34,045 nt of DNA from Octopus sinensis (Eukaryota). Each line of letters starts with the position of its first letter. Positions within the stretch are counted from its first letter, which is position 1. Positions 24,513 through 34,045 of this stretch are shown piece after piece. The stretch spans positions 1-34,045 of the forward strand of contig NW_021831907.1 of NCBI RefSeq assembly GCF_006345805.1. Direction: 5' to 3'. The notes under the pieces are model-generated. The model searched no databases. It saw only the letters and a list, made by a program, of their open reading frames with translations, and was not told the origin of the DNA. A program made the position numbers and the translations under genes.

Positions 24513-25464
24513 TTTCCCAAAACTCTTCCACGCAGATTTATGATTATTTCGATTTTTACAATTTTATTGGAAAACGTGTTTATGTGTAACCTTTGAGTCC
24601 TTAACCGTTTCCTTAGAAACAACACTCAGTAAATAAAATATTTATTAGACTCTTCTACTGTAAATACAACCTCTTTGAGTCACTGTCTTGTAACTGTAAC
24701 TTTTAACCAGAGTACCCTATCAGTTTGTGTTCAGCTCACCTCGGATGTTCTGGATCCAAGTTACCACCACGTCCTCTTATTAGTCAGTAAGCAGTTGTGG
24801 CCAGTCTCTTGCCCATCACCTCCACGATTACAGCTCAACTATCATCGTTTTTTTTTTTACAGAACCAACAAACTGCACTTCCCGTTTCTCCCTCCAAACT
24901 TACGAGCATCTATCTTCCTCCTCTCTTCATGCCAATCTTTTCTTCTTTTAGTTTAACGCGATTGAATAGTAGAAACACTATAACACCACACTAGATACTG
25001 CACAGTGTTTCGTTCTTGTGTGTGTTGCATTCATCATAAAATAAGTAACAGTAGTAGACATGTACTGGAATCGTAGCAAGTAGCTAATCTCTTTGCCTAG
25101 AAATATGTGACTTTTCATCATTATGAAAAATGAACCCCCATGTTTCATGGATTAGGTGGAAATAAAACCGAAACATGTAGTCTACAGTTTTCTGGATTTT
25201 TTTTTTAATACGATTTTGTCCCAGACAAGACTTAAGGCCACTGTAGCGTAAGGGGCTACACAGAAGAAAAGGAGTAGACCTACAAATTCCAAAATGCGTT
25301 AAAGGACTGAATATCATAGACGAGAGGAAAACAAGACGATGGTAATGAGTTCCATTGAGCAGTAGTTTTTTAAAAAATCTATTACAGTAAAAGGGAAGCT
25401 CGACTAAGAAACGATTATTTAGGAATTCTCTTAGCACTACTTCGACAAGGACGAGGAAGTTTGT

Positions 25465-25508
25465 ACTTTGCTGATGAGGTCATAATTATACCGAAACGTA
25501 TCCGAGGT
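25465..25508 (+). ncRNA. Degenerate minimal hammerhead ribozyme motif
   Basis: CTGATGA (25471-25477), stem II ggt...acc, GAAAC-GTA (25493-25500); stem I only weakly paired. Confidence 0.55.
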
Positions 25509-25540
25509 TGCATCCCTACCGAAATGATTAAAATAATATT

Positions 25541-25950
25541 GGATCTTTTCGGTTTGAACGGCAGTTTTTTCTAGCGGTGTCATATGAAATTGTCACCCAT
25601 AATTATGACCCTAGAATCGATCTATTCCATTTCAATCTGTTTTAGGGTTAGGGGTGGGGGAAGGGTATCTTTTTTTCTTCACAAATGTAAATAAACCCAA
25701 TCTATTTCTTAAACGAGGGACATATTCATACGGCACAGAATGTTTTCACCTCAAATAGACGTCATTGATTGGTTGAAATTGCCGAAATTGAAGAAAAAGA
25801 ACAACAAATATCTTACAAACCATAGAATTTTCTCAATAAAGCCAAGAGAAAAAGATGTTTTATAAACACATTCTACCAGTATACGAAGTTTAACAGTGTT
25901 TAGTTACGTGGAAATTATTTTAAAAACCGCCGTTCAAACCGAAAAGATCC
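25541..25950. mobile_element. Non-autonomous DNA transposon (MITE), Merlin-like
   Basis: 29-bp TIR ggatcttttcggtttgaacggc(a/g)gttttt at 25541-25569 / 25922-25950 (1 mismatch); perfect 8-bp TSD ataatatt at 25533-25540 and 25951-25958. GG termini with 8-bp TSD fit Merlin; superfamily is inferred. Confidence 0.92.
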
Positions 25951-26683
25951 ATAATATTTTTAATATTATTCCCTGTGTAATTATTTCTAAATATTTCTGT
26001 TGATCTCTCTTTAAACCGACTCAATTGTAAACAATTTAGTTCGTAGCTTGATTGTTTTATATTTTCCAAGTTCCCCCGAACGTAAAATTCGTTATATAAC
26101 TGGTGAAACGCAATACATGGAATTAGTAAGCATGTGCATGAGAAGGCCACAGGAATCGGAAAGAAAACCGAAAAGCGGAGAGGGGAAAGTCTAGCGAAAT
26201 GGCAGACAGGTGGCTGCATATTCATTGTAAGGTTTCTTTCTACAGTGTCACGGCTTGTTTCAAGTAAAGCTACATCGAAAGAAGAGGCAGTGTGTTTTCG
26301 CTGGCGATGGATATCTTTTCTACTTCCTTTTCTGCTCGTTGAGTGGGTTGTTAGTTACAATAGTAGCTTTACTTCGTTATTGTTATCTTCGCGCTTTCCG
26401 TCAAATTTGTAATTATTGAATTGCTGGTATGTTTAATGAAGTAGAAGTTGTTTTGTTTTGTTTTTTTTTTGCTCTTGTTTTTGTTTTGTCCTTACTTGTA
26501 TTCTATTTTTGATTTTTCTTGGAGAGGCAGTCAGCAACCCTATGAGTTAATAGTTACGATGTCTGCCTCCCTTTTTATTTCTCTTAAGAATTACAATGTT
26601 CGGATGACTGGCTATCTTATCCTTTGGGATTAGCGACATGCCAGTTTGAGGTCAAGCATCTCTTTTATGTTTTTGTTTTGTCT

Positions 26684-26719
26684 TTATTATTATTATTATT
26701 ATTATCATTATTATTATTA

Positions 26720-26792
<73 letters not shown>

Positions 26793-26806
26793 CATTATTA
26801 TTATTA

Positions 26807-26843
<37 letters not shown>

Positions 26844-26867
26844 CATTATTATTATTATTATTATTAC

Positions 26868-26910
<43 letters not shown>
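26684..26910. repeat. (TAT)n microsatellite with periodic CAT interruptions
   Basis: About 75 triplets; source of the poly-Y/L/N/I ORFs. Confidence 0.98.
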
Positions 26911-26912
<2 letters not shown>

Positions 26913-27044
26913 ATGCTTCAATTTAAGAGAAAGTCTGAGAAGCCTCTGATTTTCTTTCATAATCTTGAAATACGAAATATTACTTTGTGTCTGTATGTTT
27001 ATGTTCTATATATATTAATTATATATATGTATGTATGTATATAT

Positions 27045-27108
<64 letters not shown>

Positions 27109-27118
27109 ACACACACAC

Positions 27119-27169
<51 letters not shown>

Positions 27170-27257
27170 GATATACTATGTACAATATATAATATATATA
27201 TTATACATATATATACTATATGACTATATGTATGTATGTATGATACACACACACACA

Positions 27258-27419
27258 CGACATGCTTCTTTCAGTTTCCATCTACTAAGTCCACTCACAA
27301 GGTTTTGGTCGGCCCGAGGCTATAGTAGAAGACACTTGCCCGAAGTGCCACGCAATGAGTCTGAATCCGGAACCATGTGGTTGGTAAGCAAGCTACTTAC
27401 CACACAGCCACTCCTTGCG

Positions 27420-27420
<1 letters not shown>
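27258..27420 (-). mobile_element. SINE family A, 5' half only
   Basis: Head and CORE-like part present; homology ends in the internal microsatellite and no 3' half is seen to the left. Confidence 0.9.
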
Positions 27421-27421
<1 letters not shown>

Positions 27422-27474
<53 letters not shown>

Positions 27475-27863
27475 CATATGTACATATATATATAACATAT
27501 GTACATATATATATATAACATATGTACATATATATATATAACATATGTACATATATATATATAACATATGTACATATATATATATAACATATGTACATAT
27601 ATATATATATATAACATATGTACATATATATATATAACATATGTATATATATATATATAACATATGTATATATATATATATAACATATGTACATATATAT
27701 ATATATAATATAACATATGTACATATATATTATATAACATATGTACATATATATTATATAACATATATCCATATTTATAATATATAATACTATATACATA
27801 ACATAATATATATATAATATATATATATAACATATATATAATATAATATATTATAATTTTATA

Positions 27864-27920
<57 letters not shown>
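27422..27920. repeat. (TA)n plus minisatellite (atataacatatgtacatat...)n and (TG)n
   Basis: About 12 units containing the palindrome acatatgt at about 27470-27765. Confidence 0.95.
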
Positions 27921-27921
<1 letters not shown>

Positions 27922-28855
27922 ACAAACACACGTTACCTTTCTCTATTTTTTCTTCTTACTGTCTTTTTTTTTCTCTTTCCTTCTGTTTTTCACTGTTCAT
28001 TATGCCCCGGGGCCAAACTCTAGAAGCCAGGTTAATGTTTCCAGAGAGCGCCTCTCTCGTTGGCAACCAAGTAAACTTCCATATTTACGTCCTTCATATA
28101 TTTTGTAATTCTATTTATGCTGTCCATTATCCAATTCCTAGTAACATATTGTTCATTATCTTGTCTGCCGTCTTCTCTTTTCTTCCATTCTTACCCCTGT
28201 GTGTGTGTGTTTTTTTTTTTTTCCTTTTCTTTGTATGTCTTTATTGTCTCCCTCTTTTGCCGACTTCCTACAATGTCCGCCATGTTCTTCACTCTTTTAA
28301 AACAAAATAAATCAGACCGAGCAATGGCGGCTAATAAGAGCCACTTGGCTGATTATAATTTGATATACCTCCATTACTTTAATGGAAGCGTATGACTGCG
28401 CCCCTCTATTAATGTATTCGGAGTGTGTTAGCTACAAAGGAACATAGCAATCCTCCTTACGCCACTTATCCACGTACGTAGTGTCTTTGTTTTTAGAAGC
28501 CCCATCCACGCCCACCCCCGCGCATGTGTGTGTGTCTACGTTTTGCAAACGCGCGCGCGCGCGGGGACATTTATGTGTGTATGTACCGGCATAGATGTAA
28601 ACCCATCTTAACACGAATTAAGAATTATGCTATCAAAATTAGGATTCAGTTTCTTTCGATGGATATGTGTAACTGTTCAGTGCACTTACATACACGCTCA
28701 CATACATACACACACACACACACACATGTATACATATACTTACAGACATATGCATACACTCACACATTCGTACATGCATTCACAAATATAAATATATACA
28801 TGCATACACACGTATATACATTCATATACATATTCTTCAATTATATATATATATA

Positions 28856-29087
28856 TATTTCTTTACTGCCCATAAGGGGCTAAACACAGAGGAGATAAAC
28901 AAGGACAGACAAAGGGATTAAGTCGATTACATCGACCCCAGTGCGTAACTGGAACTTAATTTATCGATCCCGAAAGGATGAAAGGCAAAGTCGACCTCGG
29001 CGGAATTTGAACTCGGAACGTAACGACGAGCGAAATACCGCTTAAGCATTTCGCCCGGCGTGCTACCGTTTCTGCCAGCTCGCCGCC
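28856..29087 (-). mobile_element. SINE family B, young full-length copy
   Basis: Reverse complement of the 6550/19016 copies; tail abuts a (TA)n run. Confidence 0.94.
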
Positions 29088-29422
29088 TACGGTAGTGTTA
29101 GCTTCTGTTGATGTAAAAAAACATGAGAGCAATGTGAAAATGCACCTTAAGATTTAGTCACACAATAAATATAAGGTGCACTGGGAAGGAACCGACGAAT
29201 TCTATTCGATTAGATCACAAGCTGTGACAAAAGAACTTTGTCAAACCAATATAACTAATTAGTAATCAAATTGATTAATTTTATAAAACTGAAGCGAAAT
29301 ACTAAAAGGCTTTTTCAAGTGAATGTATGGTCTTTCCAGAATCCCTTAAAATTCATAACAAACTTCTGTTTTAGAAAATTACTATTTTTAAATCTCACAA
29401 CAAGAGATATTCAACAACAGTG

Positions 29423-29659
29423 CTTTGGAGTAAAGATTGTTTGCCAACATAACATGGCAGTCCTGGTTTAGGACGAATGTTGCTGTAATTTAGCCACAGG
29501 AGTCTAGGGTTGCTAGATTCCCTTATTCGAAAATGTAAGGACACAGATCGTGTCATATAGCCAGCTGGAGACGATGTCTCCTGGGGCTAAATTACAGCAA
29601 CGTTCATCCTAAACCAGGACTGCCATGTTACGTGTTGGCAAACAATCTTTACTCCAAAG
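29423..29659. repeat. Long inverted repeat (about 80-bp arms, 75-bp spacer)
   Basis: 29423-29502 pairs with 29578-29659 with 3 mismatches and one 2-nt indel. Confidence 0.93.
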
Positions 29660-29807
29660 TTCTGTTTGTTGGGAGTTTACTGACAAAACACTGTTCTTGC
29701 TTCTCTTTCTTTAATTACTATACTTGGAAAACATTGAGCAGCATTAACATAAAGTTTGAAAACTAATATATCATTTAAATAATAATGCCTAATTTCACTA
29801 AATTTTA

Positions 29808-29885
29808 TTTTAACTATTTTTTTCTTCTTTTTTTTACAGGTAAGTGATACGAATTATTTCCGAAATTGTCTATTGGAAGGTAAGT
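29808..29885 (+). other. Candidate recursive splice site / 40-nt RS-exon (or microexon)
   Basis: Branch-like ttttaac (A29813), 19-nt pure pyrimidine run, CAG ending 29839, immediately GTAAGT (29840-29845); second AAG|GTAAGT donor at 29880-29885. Confidence 0.7.
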
Positions 29886-30922
29886 GTTTGTGTTTTATTT
29901 AAATATAATATTGTTCCGTTGAAGTCGGACATATAAGGTTGTCTCCATTATCGTTATTATATTTGGAGTTGTTTACTGTAAGATTAAGATAATTCTATGT
30001 CTGCCATCTTATCAATAGAGCGACACTTAATACGCTTGTTGTGCTTGGCTCTTGCTAATGAACAACTCATCCAGCTTCGTTTTGTCGTAAATAAATAAAA
30101 TCCGAGACTATAACAACATTTATGTTTCCATTTCGTTATTTTACGAAAACAGAATAAATAAAATAAAGTAAAAAATTAAAAAAGACACAAACTAAAGGAA
30201 AATTCTTGGCATTTATCCACTAAATCGTTTCTTTTTCTCTTATTCTTTATTCGTGAAATGATTTTAAAAATAAGTAATTCATTACTTTTTCAGCTATGCT
30301 GTATTTAAATTTTAACATACAATTTTCCTTCATTTTGCCATGATTCCACTTTATCGCTGTTTGCATTTCGGTTCCGTTTCCTTCTCTCTTTCTTTTTTCT
30401 TTTCTTTTTTTTCTTGCTTTTCTTTTGTGTGTGTGTGTGTGTGTTTAGAAAATCGGTTTCTGTTTCACGTTTCCTTTTTCTTTCAGTATCTTTTTTCATT
30501 TTCACTTCTTCAATAATAACGAGATTGGCCACACTCAAACACCAATGTCTTGTGTTAAAAATATTTTAAAAAATATTTTCTGAAATATTTTCGAAATTGT
30601 AAAGATCGATAAAGGCGATTTCTCTAGAAATAATAATTAAAGGAAAATTAAATCAACTCCCAAATAAAAGTGTGATACAGAAATTAGGAAAAGGGTTTAT
30701 CATAAACGAAACAATTTGATTAGATAATGCTTTTGTTTTTTTTAATGAAGGAAAAGATTGGATCTAAAATAATGGCGGGATCCTCGGTAACTTTAAAAGA
30801 TGCAACATACATAAGTACACACATTCATTAGGGAAGCAATGGGGAAAAGATGTATTACTTTCACCAGAAGGCAAAGCACAAACTATGTGTTTACATAAAC
30901 GGGCGCATAATAATGGTGTTCA

Positions 30923-31290
30923 TCTCTATATGTAAACGGCAAAATGTCTGTCTGTGTGTGTGTGTCCTTTATACGAAACCACAATTTTTCAGTTAGAGGG
31001 CTCGCACTTTCTATGGTCATTCAAAACCGTCCAAGGGTGGTCGTGCACATCTTTACATTTCCCCAGTCACCCCGCAAAGTCATTAAAAAATCAATAGAAG
31101 TGACTTTTTTGTGAATTTTCTATCCAAAACCCAATCAAAATACCCGAAACTTGATACGCCAATTGAATGCCAGCTAGCTGTATGTGATTGGTCGGAGATT
31201 TGAACAGTACTCGCGTGTATGTGCGCACGCATGCAGCTGTATATGCATGCATTAGCACTATGACCCGGCGTTGTCGGGTCATAGTGCTAG
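30923..31290 (+). mobile_element. Non-autonomous Helitron
   Basis: 5' TC (tctctatatgtaaa) after A30922, early (TCTG/TG)n tract, subterminal GC-rich hairpin, 3' CTAG (31287-31290) followed by T; no TSD. Confidence 0.88.
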
Positions 31291-31543
31291 TCATATCTAT
31301 TTCAATAAGTAATTGCTTAGATTTCATTTGTATTTTTGGTTATTAATATCGTAAGAATCTCCCTCGTTTTATACGATTTCAATTTACATGGCAACTACTA
31401 ACATCATCTGCTGTGGAAACCGAGGGTTAATTGAATTTCTCATTTTTGAATCATTTTTTTTTTTCTTTTACAGCAGCTTATTGAACATTAATATGTCTTG
31501 AATGAATAAATAAAATATTTTCAGACCTTGTTTATTTTCATAC

Positions 31544-31899
31544 TTTCTCGAAACGTAGACCATAATTATCTAAAATACTCGGCAAACCTGTTAACGCTAT
31601 TTTTAGGTGAAATGCTTGGTCATAATTGCATGTTTGCCGGGTGAAATATTGTGCTCTGTTATAGTTATTACTTAAATAAACCTTGAGTAACGATAGCGAG
31701 AAAGAAATTAATGCTGTGTTGCTTAGTGTTTCAAAGATGACTGCTTCGCTGATACAGTAAGAAGTTCTAAGCTTAGGTTTATGTATTAAACGCACAATAT
31801 TCCTGGTCAAAGGCGGGAATCTTAGCGCCAGTCGATGGACATTTTGTATGGATTGTCCTTGGACTGGAAACTGTCTGGATGTTTGCAACAGAGTAGCCT
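31544..31899 (-). CDS. Possible exon of an unknown protein
   Basis: About 118 open codons of non-repetitive AT-rich DNA, preceded on minus by cctttttttaacag acceptor (ends 31900) and followed by GTATGA; strong upstream donor ACG|GTGAGT at 31990. No family recognised. Confidence 0.3.
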
Positions 31900-32095
31900 C
31901 TGTTAAAAAAAGGCCGGGAATTTATTGAGGAAGAGTAGTTATTTGGATTGATCCCAGTACAACTCATTTTCTTTCTTACTTTAAACTCACCGTGAGAAAC
32001 AGACCAATAATCAGTCCCTTCTAACTTCTATGTTTTATGCTCTTATTTTTTTTTTTTTAACAATTACCATTTTCCACTTTTCTTCATTTCTACCT

Positions 32096-32485
32096 TTAGT
32101 TATGATTTTTACGTAATCCTTGCTCTTGGTACAATCTCATGATGTTCCCATGTAGTGCTTGATTTTCATACAACCCCATGATGTTCCCACGTGGCCCTTG
32201 GTCTTCGTACAACCGCATGAATTTTCCACATGATCCTTGATCTTCAAACAACCCGAAGATGTCCCCATATGGTCTTTGGTTTTCGTTCAACCCCATTGCT
32301 GTATTCGCGAAAGAGCTTCTTGGACTATCCTGCCAGCCTATCGCATGGTTCATAAATTCCAGGTGATTAATCTGGAGTTCCTTCTTCGGGTCAAACATCG
32401 CTTTGGTTCTTTCCTGAGAACGGCTTTGACCAGTGACTAACGTATACGTCTCGCTTTCTATTCTTGTTTCTTTAGCAAGAAAGGT
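32096..32485 (-). CDS. Possible coding segment with five 13-aa tandem repeats, unknown product
   Basis: Frame open for 29 codons upstream of the annotated ATG (32398); repeats MGLNENQRPYGDI / FGLFEDQGSCGKF / MRLYEDQGPRGNI / MGLYENQALHGNI / MRLYQEQGLRKNH. Confidence 0.4.
   Translation of the reverse strand, partial: TFLAKETRIESETYTLVTGQSRSQERTKAMFDPKKELQINHLEFMNHAIGWQDSPRSSFANTAMGLNENQRPYGDIFGLFEDQGSCGKFMRLYEDQGPRGNIMGLYENQALHGNIMRLYQEQGLRKNHN
32102..32296. repeat. Diverged 39-bp tandem repeat x5
   Basis: Constant 39-nt period without indels. Confidence 0.9.
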
Positions 32486-32846
32486 CTAAACGCCGATGAA
32501 TTGCTCCTACAACCCTCTAAATGTGGGGATGAAATTTGTATTAATAGTTGTTTACTTTAACATGCTCACAAACAATCAGTAGCTGCCAGTCTTTGTGACT
32601 TTAGGAAAGAACTCCTGCAATACATAAGAATCTTGCTATATTATTAGTATGAAACGGCGAGGTTTACTACGGCTAGAAATTTTAATCTGGTTCCCTATAT
32701 TTTATTCTGGTTATCTCTTAGTAGGGCTTACAATATTACCATTGTCAACCAAATCTTCAAATTATACCCTAGCATATTATCAGATAATGAAGACGTCGTC
32801 AGTTACACAAAATGGATTGTCTTTGATTGTAGGCTCCCTCAATTAA

Positions 32847-33070
32847 CCCTTTAGCATTCAGATTACTCTGTCCTATGTGATACTTATTTATTCACATTGT
32901 TTTGAATTAATCATGCATTGTCTCATAGTTTCGAGATTTCAATCAGATGATTGTTTATTTGTAGAAAGATAAATTTAGACTGGTAGTTCCAAGAGGCCCG
33001 AGTTGGCTGGCATGAACATGATGTAGATGGGATGTTTTGGCCAGATAAGGTTGGTTTAAATGCTAACGAC
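32847..33070. mobile_element. TTAA-flanked (piggyBac-like) MITE nested in a family C repeat
   Basis: TTAA|ccctttagcatt at 32843-32858 and aatgctaacgac|TTAA at 33059-33074 (degenerate TIR). The flanks ctttgattgtaggctccctcaa and agctggtctgagactaaacaac join into a reverse family C start. Confidence 0.65.
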
Positions 33071-33561
33071 TTAAAGCTGGTCTGAGACTAAACAACAATA
33101 AATACGAAGACAGCACTTCTTCCTATTTTTCTGAAGAAAGTCTGCCAGTACTTGCTTCAGTCTAGTATACAACTGCAAATTATCGAGTTACGTATATGAT
33201 GCCAGACAAATATTCCCCGAATTAATAGTTACAACTGGTGTTGTGTTGTTCACTTAGTGATTGCAACAACAGCGAAAGTTATACTCAATTATATCGAACC
33301 CAGTATTTACTCTGGTACTTATTTTATCGATCTATATGTGTCGAGTGGAATAGGTCTAACTCTGGAGAAGTGGAACGTAACACCAAATACCACAAGGTAT
33401 CCATAGCACCGATTTTGTTTTTAACTGAATGCAAGATTAACCTTTTTTTTTTTTCTTATAAGAGCTTGAAATCAATTTCTCTATATTACTTTCCAATACG
33501 GAACGTCTATGTAGCCACTCTAACTGCTAGAAAAAGCAGCCAAACCTTCCCCAAGTACCAG

Positions 33562-33750
33562 TTTGTTGTTTAACCCCCCATGATCGTGCAGATTTGTTAT
33601 CAAAAAATATTGAAGCCGTAAAATTCTTTTTGTATAGTGAAGGCGACAAAATACAAAATGCTTTAAAAATAATGAATAAAATAGTAGCGTGTGGTTCGGG
33701 AAAAATTTAGCTGTTATTTCATCCAGCGGGAGTGACGCGTAAAGACCCGC
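33562..33750 (+). repeat. Dispersed repeat family C, degenerate
   Basis: gttgtttaacccc...tgatcgtgcagat...atcaaaaa...agccgta...aatttagctgttatttc. Confidence 0.5.
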
Positions 33751-34045
33751 CCATTCAGTGGTTCGGTTGGTTGTTCAATACCCTATCATCTTTATTTGCC
33801 TTATCAAGCTCTCATAAATTATTATAATCACTGATAAACAACTCCTGTATCTTCCATTTTGTTTGGGGTTTTTTTCTTACAATGGATAGCCAGACGTTAT
33901 TGATATGGGAGATGATACTGTTGCTGAACGTGTTAAATATTGTTTGTTAGACATTAAGTATCTAAAAATGGAAGGGGTTGGCAAACTACGGTCGTTTTTA
34001 AAAGTTTATAGCATGTAATTGCCAATTATTGTGCTGTAGAATAGA

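Noticed and set aside
24700-24950. Possible RTE LINE C-terminal fossil on minus (RGR..TWIQNIRGEL), or a + strand exon after tttacag at about 24862
   Set aside because: Motifs are too degenerate and no matching donor is seen; cannot be supported.
25130-25440. Possible Penelope GIY-YIG remnant upstream of the 25471 hammerhead (HVVYSF)
   Set aside because: Only a 6-residue resemblance; no recognisable YIG motif or continuous frame by eye. Needs BLASTx.
26624-27056. Poly-Y/L/N/I ORFs
   Set aside because: Pure (TAT)n microsatellite.
27470-27765. Regularly spaced palindromic repeats resembling a CRISPR array
   Set aside because: Spacers are only (TA)n, the context is eukaryotic, and there are no cas genes.
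32102-32296. Reflectin-type repeat
   Set aside because: Lacks the M/F-D-X5 repeated motif and the W/Y/M richness of reflectins.

Overview
AT-rich, microsatellite-saturated eukaryotic non-coding DNA. The dispersed repeats resemble tRNA-derived SINE families I recognise from octopus (cephalopod) genomes; this taxonomic call is inference. No intact conserved gene is visible, and almost all ORF-track entries are translations of (TA)n/(TG)n/(TAT)n tracts. Mobile DNA present: two abundant SINE families (A, CORE-like with an internal microsatellite; B, Nin/Deu-like, several copies with clear target-site duplications), a third SINE head, an old dispersed repeat family C, a dead CR1-group RT fragment (8.0-8.9 kb), a dead R4/Dong-like restriction-endonuclease LINE tail missed by the ORF track (13.4-14.1 kb), a Merlin-like MITE with 8-bp TSD, a non-autonomous Helitron and a TTAA MITE. 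Most notable: (1) a textbook recursive-splice-site signature at 29838-29885 (poly-Y CAG|GTAAGT with a second GTAAGT 40 nt later), preceded by an 80-bp fold-back; (2) four hammerhead-ribozyme-like, Penelope-style modules, one fused to a tRNA-like head with an inverted 5' duplication; (3) a possible lineage-specific minus-strand gene at 31.5-32.5 kb with five indel-free 39-nt (13-aa) repeats.
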